Positions 13,576-23,625 are shown, counted from the whole stretch's first letter. The stretch: DNA of 61,146 bases, filler included, from Malassezia furfur (GCA_052055015.1; 2 parts of 2 records of this genome joined end to end with filler, not necessarily neighbours in it); one strand, 5' to 3'. Numbers and translations: made by a program. The notes: a model not told the origin generated them from the letters alone.

Positions 13576-13839
13576 ATGCCCCTGTGATGAAACACTTGGT
13601 ATCCAGCCAAAATTCGCAGTTTCCACTCTAGGACCCACGCAACCTTGGTTGGGGCACTTGGCTCTCCTTCCGAGAGACTTACATGGTGCTGTCCATCTCT
13701 CTGAGAGGACCGGCATGAACCCTCCGCATTGCGGAGTGTCGGGCCAGTGGCAGCATCCAAGTCGTTTGGATCGGTTTGGATTGCAGCCGGCTCTGGTTCG
13801 ATGAGGGTCGCAGACCTTCCTTGGAAGTCTGAGGGGCAT
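13576..13839 (+). ncRNA. U14: U14 (snR128) box C/D snoRNA, expanded (~260 nt), inside intron 13556-13875
   Basis: Terminal stem ATGCCCC/GGGGCAT; box C GTGATGA 13584-13590; domain A TTCGCAGTTTCCAC 13613-13626 (anti-18S GAAACUGCGAA); domain B CCTTCCTTGGA (anti-18S UCCAAGGAAGG) immediately before box D CTGA 13829-13832. Confidence 0.93.
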
Positions 13840-13923
13840 TGGCAGTCATGTTTTGGAACGCATACTAACGATCAGAGTATTGTAGTGTAGTGTTATCAAC
13901 GTGGTAAGTTCAATCGGGTTGGT

Positions 13924-14256
13924 CTGCCGCTTGTACATGATGAGCATGTTACATGCAACCTACAAAGCCTAGGAAGAGCCGTCGTCAGTGCTTTGGGCCT
14001 CTGCGAGGAATTCCCTGGACAGTCTCATTGCCTGCTTTCTCCATGGATTCCGACCGTGCGTGCACGGTCGTTGAGTCGGTGGATCGAGAGGCCAGCGGGT
14101 GCTCTGTACGTCCACGTGCGTGCTTTGTTGCCATCCGCTGGGAGGGCGGTGTCCATTGCCCAGGTCGAGTCCTCCGCATGTCCAACGTTGCAAGGCCGAA
14201 AAATTGGTTCCTGACTCACGTGGCTTTCGTCACGGGACATGCAACGAGCGAGCAGG
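13924..14256 (+). ncRNA. Candidate structured intronic ncRNA (probable snoRNA, family unassigned) in putative intron 13904-14293
   Basis: External stem CTGCCGCTTGT/ACGAGCGAGCAG; ATGATGA at 13937; CTGA at 14211; ACA+3 nt before the 3' stem; several strong hairpins; 12-nt complement to LSU rRNA (TAGGAAGAGCCG, 13970-13981). Confidence 0.5.
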
Positions 14257-14293
14257 CGGCACCCTTTTTTCTTTGGAACAACACTGACCGCAG

Positions 14294-14797
14294 ATGTTCG
14301 TTCGTTCGGCGCCTCGTGGCGTTGGGATGGCGCGTGTTGGGCTTGGGGCGCGCGGCGTATACCCGGTGTGCCCCGTGCGGTCCCAAAGCACGGTCGCGCA
14401 AAATGGCACACAGCCAAGTGACACTGCCACTACGCACTATCGCGTCACCTTGCGGCGCTCGGCCATCGGCTTGTCAAAACAGACTGGACGCGTGTTGGAA
14501 TCTCTTGGGCTTCACAAGCGCCTGCAGAGTGTGTACCAGCCCCAAAACCCCGCCACAGCCGGTGCGATCCTCGCAGTCAAGGAGCTCGTGCACGTCGAAA
14601 ATGTGCGTGCATTGTCCCCAGAGGCGGCCGAGTCCCTTGACGCCTCGGCCACGGTTTGGGTTAATGCGAAAGGCGAGGTCGTGGATGCTGGCCGTGTCGC
14701 CTTCAAGGCACCCAAGGGTTTCCGCGTTGTTGGCAATCTGATCAACGAAGAGCGTGATGCGGTTGTGAAGCGATCACTCTCCGAAAAGGAAATATAG
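14294..14797 (+). CDS. MRPL33: Mitochondrial ribosomal protein uL30m (MrpL33)
   Basis: HYRVTLRRSAIGL…LESLGLHKR.Q.VY…AGAILAVKELVHVE is the uL30 signature. N-terminus resembles an Arg-rich presequence. Confidence 0.9.
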   Translation: MFVRSAPRGVGMARVGLGARGVYPVCPVRSQSTVAQNGTQPSDTATTHYRVTLRRSAIGLSKQTGRVLESLGLHKRLQSVYQPQNPATAGAILAVKELVHVENVRALSPEAAESLDASATVWVNAKGEVVDAGRVAFKAPKGFRVVGNLINEERDAVVKRSLSEKEI

Positions 14798-15233
14798 CGA
14801 CACGCCCTATGCAATATGCTGGTATGGCTTGCCGGCGATTGTAGATATCGATGATACCATCTTTTTCATGACTCCTCTCGAGCCATTACTGCCGTCATTA
14901 GGGCGCAGCGCCCAGGGGACCTGTGTGCTGTATGGGAATTACGCCCGATGGTCTAATCTTTTTGTGATTCGCGCGATTATCGCACAAACCAGTCATTCGT
15001 GCTTTCTCGCGCCACATCTGGGGTTCCACGCAGTGTAAGTATCTGGTTCGTGCGAATCACCAAACCGCCACCCTCCAGCACACCAGACTCCGTAAGTGGG
15101 GATCCCTTCCTACCAATCGTTCTATTGGCGTGTCCGATCTCAAATCCGCCGTGTCCCCTGATACATTATATATTGAGACTTGCTGTGTACACGGACCAGC
15201 CGATCCCTTCTCCCTCTCTGCTATCTCCTCGCT

Positions 15234-15779
15234 ATGATTCCTAAGACCTGGCAAGGCCCTGTGCTGAGAGATCTCCTCGTGAGCTCGATCCGGCGCGCGC
15301 CGACTTCCCACCCAAATAACAGCGATTCACTTCGCCGCGTTGTGCTACAGCGAAACGTGCTCGCTGCTGCAACTGGCGAACACGAAGCCTCCTCGTCTCC
15401 ATATAAGCCGCTTCGGCGACTGTCGTCAGACTTTGTCCTCCCGGCATCTGTCGATGATCTAGGCACAGGCGCCTGGAGCTATGTGGACCCCATTGACAAG
15501 TTCTTGCTGGACACGTCAAGTCCTCGTCGGAGTACGAGATCGATCGCCGCTCCTAGCACGAGCCTTGATACATCGGCCCGTGATGACATGCGTGAGGAAG
15601 CGTGGTTCGACCAAGTCATGGAGGACCTCGACTGGTCCAGCGATATGGATGACGAGGCCCCTTTGACACTCTCTACTCCGCCAGTTCATACGGCTGCCCA
15701 TCAAAAACAGCTTCACCTTCATGGGCCACCGCCTGTGCATGGGAACAGGCTGTATACTTTGTCGACGATCCCCGAGTAG
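15234..15779 (+). CDS. Hypothetical protein (contains LRRVVLQRN motif and acidic patch)
   Basis: Open frame from ATG 15234 to 15779 occupying an otherwise empty interval; no family confidently recognised. Confidence 0.55.
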   Translation: MIPKTWQGPVLRDLLVSSIRRAPTSHPNNSDSLRRVVLQRNVLAAATGEHEASSSPYKPLRRLSSDFVLPASVDDLGTGAWSYVDPIDKFLLDTSSPRRSTRSIAAPSTSLDTSARDDMREEAWFDQVMEDLDWSSDMDDEAPLTLSTPPVHTAAHQKQLHLHGPPPVHGNRLYTLSTIPE

Positions 15780-15959
15780 TTTCGTTTTCTACCAATAACC
15801 CTGTATAGTCACGATTAAACGACGTCCGTCTATGACCAGTGTGCTGAGTGTGAACGATCCAAATTTCTTGTATGTTCGAAATGCGGCTATTTTGGACCTT
15901 TTGGTTTTGGGAGCCACTCCACTTTTAATCCCAACGCGCCTTGGTCCTTCTTTTATCAA

Positions 15960-17231
15960 ATGCTGGCTAATAGGCCTTGGTGCTTGGCTGCAGGCCTGCG
16001 CAATGCGGGCAGCGCGCGATTCCAACCGAGGAGCGCCCTGTTCCGGCCTTCGACCACACACTCTTCAATCAACACACATGCTCTTCGCTCGTTCGCTACG
16101 TCTCGGACTCAGTGGAAGGAAGAGGCCGTTACGCCTCCGGCAACCGAAAGCAAGCCGACTACGAGTCCAACCAAGTTCTCACTGAAACCCTACATGGAGC
16201 TTGCTCGTGTTGACCGTCCAATTGGGTCGTGGCTTCTTTATATGCCGTGCACCTGGTCCATCACGCTGGCGTCGCAGTTCACAGGCGCCCCCGTTTCGGC
16301 CTGGCTCACGAACCTGGCCCTGTTCGGCGTGGGCTCGTTTGTGATGCGCAGCGCCGGTTGCACGATCAATGACATGTGGGATGCGAAAATCGACGCCAAA
16401 GTCGGTATGTACGCCATATTCTCACCCCAGACCGGACCAAAAACCGTCCTATCGCTAGCGGCGCAGTGTCCTATCCCCAGGCGACCGTATTTCTGGGCAT
16501 CCAGCTCGCGGCAGGTCTTGCCATTCTCCTGAACCTCAACATGTACAGGTGAGTACGGAAGCGTCTGATCCAGCATCGTCCTCGGAAGCGCCGCTCTGGT
16601 CCCTGTGACCATCTATCCACTGTTGAAGCGCTACACGAACTGGCCTCAAATCGGAATGGGCCTCTCTTTCACATGGGGTTCCATGCTTGGCTGGTCTGCC
16701 ATCGCAGGTTCGTGCTACTGGCCTGCTGTGCTGCCGCTGTATGCGAGCACGACTGTCTGGGGCATTGCCTACGACACGATTTATGCGCATCAGGACAAGA
16801 TCGACGATGCCAAGACGGGCGTGGGGAGCACTGCGCAAGTGTTCGGAGATGAGTACACGAAGCCTGCTCTCGTGGCCTTCTCTGCAGTCTGGATGGTCCT
16901 GCTCGCGTACGCCGTGAACAAAGCCTCGCCCATCTTCCCCTCCTTTGCAGGAGAGAACGGCGAAGCGCTCTCCTGGCAGCAATGGCTCGACCTGACCCTG
17001 GCCACTGGTCATCCCTTCTTTGCCGCAGCCTGGCTCACGACCATTGCTCATGTCGCATGGCAGATCCGGACTGTGAACTTAAACAATCCTCGTGACTGCT
17101 TCAGCAAGTTTGCGAGCAACAGGACCGTGGGCGCCATCATCTTCGCCGGCCTTGCGGCTGACTATCTCTACCAACTTATCCTCGCGCCGCCCAAGGATGA
17201 CCCGGATACCAAAGCGCTCCTGCGCGTATAA
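15960..17231 (+). CDS. COQ2: 4-hydroxybenzoate polyprenyltransferase (UbiA family); introns 16405-16430, 16549-16573
   Basis: [70 protein letters not shown]. Confidence 0.95.
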
Positions 17232-17248
17232 CCGGGCTCCACTCTCAC

Positions 17249-17300
17249 TTGCACGGCCTTGCACGGCCTTGCACGGCCAATGCACGGCCCATGCACCGCC
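17249..17300. repeat. Short tandem repeat (TTGCACGGCC)x3 plus two degenerate copies
   Basis: ttgcacggcc ttgcacggcc ttgcacggcc aatgcacggcc catgcaccgcc directly after the COQ2 stop. Confidence 0.85.
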
Positions 17301-18222
17301 AGCGGTTCCCGCTCAACTCGTCCTAGCCCATAGCGGATCTATGCAGCAAATGACTGGGGCGGAATGTTCCTAACGAATCTAAGGGTCCACCACAACACTC
17401 GAGGTCCCTCTGGGGTTGTCCGGTGCTTCCACGAGGCGTATGCTCATTGGTAGAATCCGTGGCTGTGTTGTGACACATACAAACGCGGAGATCCAGGGCG
17501 CAGCAGTACTTCCGCGCGGTGTGGGGCTCGTCCGCCCACATCCACGGACACGTGACGGGCGATGCCAAGAGCGCATGACGTGTCAGGCCCCTATCTTTTT
17601 TTGTCTGTGCGGTGATTTGTGGAGATTGCTTAAATTTTGGGTATGCCAACATGCACGAGGCGCACAACGTGCATGACTTAGGTATATTACGTGTAACGTG
17701 ACGCAATAAAGTGGACAATGGTTTGACGTATGCGCGGCGAGTGATTGTCTTGCATTTATTTGGCAGATAGGACTTTTGAGGAACAAGCACGTTTTCCACG
17801 GAGTATGACTGTGCCTCAAAACGGAATCACCTGGATTTGGGCCATCGCGCGAAATCCTTCCAATCAGATTATCCCAATCGATCACGACCGTCCACCAGAA
17901 CTTAGTGCGGGCCGCAGCAGTTGTGTATAGCGCTCAATCACGAATTTTCAGCACAGGTCGATAACCGCATAGCCCAACATTGTCCTCCGGCTATAATCAC
18001 TGCCATCATCACTGGTTCTTGTGTGTGACTCCTTTTAAAAGAAAGACAACAACCTTTCCTTTAAAGGGCCACTCTAACTGAAGTCGCTCGGAAGTCGCGG
18101 TTTCTTTTCATTTTCTTCGTACCCTCCCCTCTGACTCATCTTCGCCAGGAGATCTGGCGACCTGCGAAGACAAGTTTCTTTTTCGCTGGCGCTACTTCTC
18201 ACTTGCAAAAAAGGGATCGCTG

Positions 18223-19557
18223 ATGTCGACATCGCGCTCCTCATCCCCTGTGTCGCGGAGCCGCAGTCGCGCACGGCCCGTGGCTAGCTACCTCAGGCGC
18301 GGCGCGGCAGACTCGGACGAAGACCAGTCCTCCTGGATCGCCGACGATATTTGCACACACTGTGGCGGTCTTGCTCCCCACGGCAAGCTCTACTGCTCCC
18401 GCAAGTGCCGCGATGCAGATGCCCAAGACGGAACCAAGAAGTACGGGAAGACTATCGCGGAGGAACCAGGAGCTACGGAGAGTCTCTCCAAGCTCAGATA
18501 CCCCATGACACTCTCGCCTTCTGCACAGCAGAGCGCGAGCTTCCCTGCACGGCTGAAGAGCAAGTCGTTCAAGGCCACCTTTTCATTGCAACGGCAAAAT
18601 TCTGGCTCTTCGGTGTCTAGCCACGAGGACGAGCTCGAACGTGACGGCCAGTACCGCTCCCATACACGACAGGGGTCGCGATCGAGCACGTCTTCCAACT
18701 CGGACTTCGTGGAGACAGATTTGACCACGCCATCCCCATGGCAGTCTGGCATCGATCTGGAAGAAGAACAAGAGTTCGCCAAACTGGACGATCCTGATCT
18801 GCAACTTCCGCCGGCCATGTGCCCCTCGAACCAGGTGTTGTTGCGTAAAGGCGTGACGCACCCGAGCACGTCCTCATTCAAGTCTTCGTCGTCGCTCTCC
18901 GCGCTACACCGCACGCGGACGTCGCCGACGATACACCCCCTGACACACAATCCGTCCGGTTCTATGCTTCATATGCAGTTCAACCGTCTCCCGGGCTCTA
19001 CCAATCTTCCAATGCCTGTGTTGTTTACGGCAGGTATGCCGCCGTGCTGTCACAAGTCGACGGGACCTGTGAGCAAGTCGCGATCTTCGGAGAACACAAG
19101 TGATTACTTTACAGCTGATTCGCCCGGCCAGTGCAAGCCATGCAGCATGCACAAGGAGCTGCCTACGTCGTCGCGGCCCTGCTCGCTTTCTTGCGCGCAG
19201 AAGCCCGAAGGGGGCCACCAAGGCAAGTTGCACGGCACAAGCGCATGGAACACTGGTCTTAACAAACCCAAGGTGGATTCGAACTTTTCTCCTAATCGCT
19301 CCTACAGCGAGAACAGCGGGCTATGCGATTGCAAAGAGTCGCTGTCTCAAGCAAAACTCCATGATGTGAGCACAGTTTCATCCAAAAGCCCTCTGTTTGC
19401 GCAGGCCAACTCGCGTTTCCACAGCGAATTGCCTGCCGAGGAGGCTTTGGCGTCGCGCGGGCGCACCTCGCATCGTACGACCCGCACATCTGCGCCGGAG
19501 TCTGCATCTACCCGTCTCTTGCGGAAGTTGCAGACGTCAGCGTCGGGGAGAGTGTAA
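18223..19557 (+). CDS. Ser-rich protein with Ecl1/FCS-type zinc finger
   Basis: CTHC…KLYCSRKCRDAD matches the Ecl1/2/3-type CxxC…YCSxxCxxxD motif; the remainder is low-complexity. Confidence 0.7.
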   Translation: MSTSRSSSPVSRSRSRARPVASYLRRGAADSDEDQSSWIADDICTHCGGLAPHGKLYCSRKCRDADAQDGTKKYGKTIAEEPGATESLSKLRYPMTLSPSAQQSASFPARLKSKSFKATFSLQRQNSGSSVSSHEDELERDGQYRSHTRQGSRSSTSSNSDFVETDLTTPSPWQSGIDLEEEQEFAKLDDPDLQLPPAMCPSNQVLLRKGVTHPSTSSFKSSSSLSALHRTRTSPTIHPLTHNPSGSMLHMQFNRLPGSTNLPMPVLFTAGMPPCCHKSTGPVSKSRSSENTSDYFTADSPGQCKPCSMHKELPTSSRPCSLSCAQKPEGGHQGKLHGTSAWNTGLNKPKVDSNFSPNRSYSENSGLCDCKESLSQAKLHDVSTVSSKSPLFAQANSRFHSELPAEEALASRGRTSHRTTRTSAPESASTRLLRKLQTSASGRV

Positions 19558-20019
19558 GGACACTGTAACACGGCAAAGAGTTTTGTTTCTACGAAGGAAC
19601 TCGAATCACCTATCCACCGGTCCTCCCAATGGCGGCTCAGCTACAACGATCACTTGGATCTCTCGCTATGTCGACCCTATAGGCCAAGGTGACTTGGCCT
19701 TAAAAAAGGAACTCAAAAAATACATATACCCACCTGATGATAGTTCATACTAGAACGTTTCATACTACCAAAAGAGTCACTGCGCACCGCGCAGGTTTCC
19801 AAACAATGATGTAATTGCCTTGGTGGGCAGGGGCAGAGTAAGGCGCAAGTAACCCTAGTCAAGCATGCTACAGCAATATTTTCTCATTTTTCCATCTGGA
19901 AGGTTTTGCCGCATAGATCTGAGATCTTGGCGCAAGCACCCAAATATAGCACCACAAGATGCTTAGCTAAGACGTGCGCGACGCGTACCGCGTAGAACCG
20001 CGCATTCGACCGTGCGAGC

Positions 20020-21800
20020 ATGGACTCCGCATAGTGCGTACCCACCCGTAGGGGTCTCTCGGATATTAACTATCAGTGAGAAGGAGCGCTTGGCAAATAT
20101 TGCCGAGAATGAGAGACTCTTGCAAGAGCTAGGGATTGCTGGGGGAGGAAGCTCGGTTTTTGGTATTGTCCCGCAGAAACGTGTCGCCAACGACGCGGCC
20201 CGGCGCCAACGAAAGCGAGCACAGACAGAGGAGAAGCCTACACGCGTGCAGCCTAAGAGGACAAGCGCCCGCCTCCAAGGCGCAAAGCCGGAAGATGTTG
20301 GCTCGGACACATATGCAGTACGTCGTCGTGGACTCACTCAGGTCAAAATCGAATCCGAGCGCGAGCACGAGCGGTCGCTGCGCATGGCGCGTCACGAAGA
20401 CTTGGACCTCAAGCAGCTTACTGAAGATTCTTTGGATGAGGAAGAGCTCGGACGCCTAAAGACAGCGCTGAATGTCGCGACCGTGGATGCGAAACCTGAA
20501 CCGAAGCCATCCGAGCCATCCGAGCTCGAGTCGCTGCTCAACACCATGCTTCTTCGCAGTCATGCTCGCGTGGCGCAGAAACGGATTTACAGCATGCTGT
20601 ATCATCCCTCTACAGAAAAAGACCTGATCTTTACCGGAGACCAGGAAGGCGTTCTAGGCGTATGGAATGCCTTGGACACACCAGCACAGCAAGACGGTGA
20701 AGAAGAGACCATGCCAAGTGGTTCTGCCTTTTCACTCCGCATTCATGCCAAATCAGCCATTGGATGTCTCCGAATGGATCCAGCTAATGACGACCGTCTC
20801 TACACAAGTTCATACGATGCAAGCGTACGCACCTTCTCCTTGTCTTCTGGAAAGAGTACGGAAGTTTATGCCGCACCTCCCGATGTGCAGCTCGGCGAAA
20901 TGGACATCTTGGCGCCACAGACGCAGGCGGCTGAGGCGACCGCGACGCCGTCCCCCCAATTATCGGAACGGAGCTTGTGGCTAGCGGACCATCGGGGGGG
21001 CTTGCTCCATCTCGATGTCCGCTCCAGCAAGTGCATGGTTCAACGCTGGCAAGTTTGTGACAAAAAGGTGCGTCTCTTCGCTTACCTAGATTGGAGGCAT
21101 GTCTGTAAACCCAGCGATACCACACTGCATTGCGACTGCATCAAACGACCGAACCATGCGTCTTTTTGATCTACGCATGCTCAGGACATTCCCTGAAACC
21201 GAAGAATTCCTGCTCAAGCCAAGCCAGGACGACTTGGACCAAATGGAAAAGCTCTACGAGAAAGCGCAATTGGGCTCAATTACAAGAAAGATGGCGTGCA
21301 CGAGCATCAGTTTCAGTCCCAATGGCCGGCATCTTGCCGGTGTTTGCTACGATGATACCCTCAGTCTCTGGGATCTTGAGCCAGCGTGGTTATCCAACCA
21401 GTCTACTTCACAGTCCAAGACATTGAATCGCCCACGCGCATCCAAGACCGGGAAGCTGACCGACTGGCTCAAAACGGAAAGCCCTCCGCCGCTCAGCAAT
21501 CGGCCGGACAACCTCTTGACTCAACCCCGTACACTCCGGCACAACAATCAAACAGGGAAATGGGTCACGCTGTTCCGAGCCCTTTGGCACAGCAACCCAT
21601 CGTTGGAACCGCATTTTTCTATTGGGGGTATGACGCGACATGCCGAGATCTATGGCAAGGACGGCCGTTTGCTGGTATCTCTGTACGATCCTGAATGGAT
21701 CACCGCCATTCCTGCAGTGATTGCCATGCACCCAATCCTTCCGGCACGCGTCGCAACGGGGAACGGGTCTGGTCGTTGTGCGCTGTGGGCACCGCCTTGA
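20020..21800 (+). CDS. CMR1: WD40 DNA-damage-binding protein Cmr1/WDR76; introns 20034-20076, 20318-20341, 21068-21089
   Basis: Spliced start MDSAYEKERLANIAENERLLQELG; RIYSMLYHPS; TSSYD; DKKIGGMSVNP…ATASNDRT; HNNQTGKWVT..RA.W. Confidence 0.9.
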
Positions 21801-21816
21801 TTTGGGTGACGTGCGG

Positions 21817-22986
21817 TTATTCTGCCCAGATGGCGTCCAACGGCGCAATAAATTCTGCGATGGCTTCCTTGGAGGTTGTCGTAAATGGCACATTATAGTA
21901 CACGTCGGCGGGTAGGTACGCAAGCATGAGCGAAGGTGCAGGGAAGAGGAAGGGATAGAAAGGGTCATAATAGGTATACGTTGCCATGTAGTCCGCATAT
22001 AAGCGCAGGAATCGGAACCCCACAATCACCAGTACAAGGAGACAGGCTGCCACGCGGATCACCAGGGTATAATAATGAGGCCATGGGGACGACGATGCAT
22101 GCATAGGATGCACATCAGGCTCTCTGGCTGTGTGTTTCTTGGTTTGATCGGGGGTTGGCTCTTCTTGCATCACTTCCGTGGCCAGTGCCCCGAGCCGTTT
22201 TCGAATGGCATCAAGACGGCTGGCATATTGCGCATCTTCCAAAGAAATCTTCTCCATACGAAACTCCATTGACAGAGCATCGGCCAGCTCCTTGGAAGCT
22301 GTTGTTGCTTGAGAGGGATCATCGAGGAGATGGAACGTGTCGGTGTCGGAATGCAAAGCACTGAGCAACGATACTTGGTCTTTGCGTTCCATGGATGTTT
22401 GCTTGAGCACGTCTTTGACCAGATGAAGCATTTTGCGTAGTTCTCTTGCATCGACAGACTGATTCGCGTCTTTGGCGTCCGTGGAGTCTAGTGTGGCACT
22501 GGACGGGATGGTATGCTCGGGTTGGGCTGCTTGTGTCGCACCCATGGGCCTATCCAAGGCCGAACCAGCTTTCTGCTGCAGCCTATGCGGCGGCGAATAA
22601 GGCGGAGATGTGCTTTGCATTACATTGGCCGCTTCCGAATATGATGACTGCAGCTCTGCCTGCAGGTCAGATTCGGCCTCCTGCTCGTGTGGGGTGAATT
22701 CTGCTTGATCGCGCATACGTCTTCGTAGAGCTCTTGCTAGTGACTTGCGCCCTTCCTCCCAACGCTCTTTCCGTAGTTTCTGCTCTTCCCCATCTCGCAT
22801 GGAATGCTCGGCCTCTTCTGCGCGGATGCGTTCGAATGCCTCGGTCAAGCTGAGCCGGGACCGGTTCGACAATGTTGAGGACGAACGCGGATCCATGTCT
22901 GCCCCCTCCGCTATTGAAGGAGAATGTTGCATAGTCAGATCCAAGGGCGCTACCCCTTTTGATGGTACAGATGCACCGTGCTCCAT
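21817..22986 (-). CDS. Hypothetical coiled-coil protein with C-terminal transmembrane segment
   Basis: Long ORF with coiled-coil-like stretches, hydrophobic LVIRVAACLLVLVIVGF, then YYDPFYPFL. Start placed at ATG 22986 because the upstream part of the supplied ORF overlaps the tRNA. Confidence 0.65.
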   Translation of the reverse strand: MEHGASVPSKGVAPLDLTMQHSPSIAEGADMDPRSSSTLSNRSRLSLTEAFERIRAEEAEHSMRDGEEQKLRKERWEEGRKSLARALRRRMRDQAEFTPHEQEAESDLQAELQSSYSEAANVMQSTSPPYSPPHRLQQKAGSALDRPMGATQAAQPEHTIPSSATLDSTDAKDANQSVDARELRKMLHLVKDVLKQTSMERKDQVSLLSALHSDTDTFHLLDDPSQATTASKELADALSMEFRMEKISLEDAQYASRLDAIRKRLGALATEVMQEEPTPDQTKKHTAREPDVHPMHASSSPWPHYYTLVIRVAACLLVLVIVGFRFLRLYADYMATYTYYDPFYPFLFPAPSLMLAYLPADVYYNVPFTTTSKEAIAEFIAPLDAIWAE

Positions 22987-23093
22987 GGCCGCCGTGATGG
23001 TGTTGGATGCACGGGCAAACTCTACAGGGTCGTCCAGCCTCCGTGGTCGCTGTGCCTCATAACCCTTCAGGGCTGCCCCAAACGCATCAGAAA

Positions 23094-23189
23094 GGTCCTG
23101 TAGGATAACGGTTAGTCCGAAGGTTTCTGATTGTGCGATCGAGCAGATCACGAATTCCTTAAGCCGCGGTTCGACTCCGCGCAGGACCT
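23094..23189 (+). tRNA. tRNA-Gln(CTG) with 24-nt intron (23131-23154)
   Basis: Acceptor stem GGTCCTG/CAGGACC with discriminator T; D arm GGAT..GG..GTCC; anticodon CTG 23127-23129; T arm CGCGG-TTCGACT-CCGCG; 72 nt after intron removal. Confidence 0.92.
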
Positions 23190-23458
23190 NNNNNNNNNNN
23201 NNNNNNNNNNNNNNNNNNNNNNNNNNNNNNNNNNNNNNNNNNNNNNNNNNNNNNNNNNNNNNNNNNNNNNNNNNNNNNNNNNNNNNNNNNNNNNNNNNNN
23301 NNNNNNNNNNNNNNNNNNNNNNNNNNNNNNNNNNNNNNNNNNNNNNNNNNNNNNNNNNNNNNNNNNNNNNNNNNNNNNNNNNNNNNNNNNNNNNNNNNNN
23401 NNTGCGATCGAGCAGATCACGAATTCCTTAAGCCGCGGTTCGACTCCGCGCAGGACCT
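23190..23458. other. Assembly gap followed by a 56-nt exact duplicate of 23134-23189 (tRNA 3' part)
   Basis: 23403-23458 is identical to 23134-23189. A Pol III terminator-like T-run follows at 23464-23477. Confidence 0.85.
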
Positions 23459-23625
23459 CAATATTTTTTTCCTTTTTGGACAGGACTCTACACATTTTGG
23501 GCGTATAAGCTCAGTAGTTGACACTGTCAATTTTTTATCTTAGGGCCCTGAGATCAGTTTTTGAGTTACCAATATGGCAAAATAAGTGCTCTGTACAACT
23601 AGGGCATTGTTTTAAGCAAACTAGT

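Noticed and set aside
13249..13890. 38-aa ORF (MPARKLPFSS…ESIVV) formed by splicing the snoRNA-host exons
   Set aside because: No recognisable motif, and its ATG may lie upstream of the transcription start. At most it is a uORF.
13935..14245. RNase MRP/RNase P, snR30/U17, U13/snR45 or spliceosomal snRNA identity for the third intronic RNA
   Set aside because: Only partial look-alikes (CCTACA, GGAATTCCC, TGTTAC). No convincing P4/CR-V pairing, m1/m2 motifs or U-snRNA signatures.
19681..19922. Hairpin AGGCCAAG/CTTGGCCT and TGATGA…CTGA pair suggesting a C/D snoRNA
   Set aside because: No terminal stem, no recognisable rRNA antisense element and no hosting intron. It is probably 3' UTR or promoter sequence.
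22987..23151. N-terminal extension of the 21817-23151 ORF
   Set aside because: It starts at a non-ATG codon and runs antisense through the tRNA-Gln gene.
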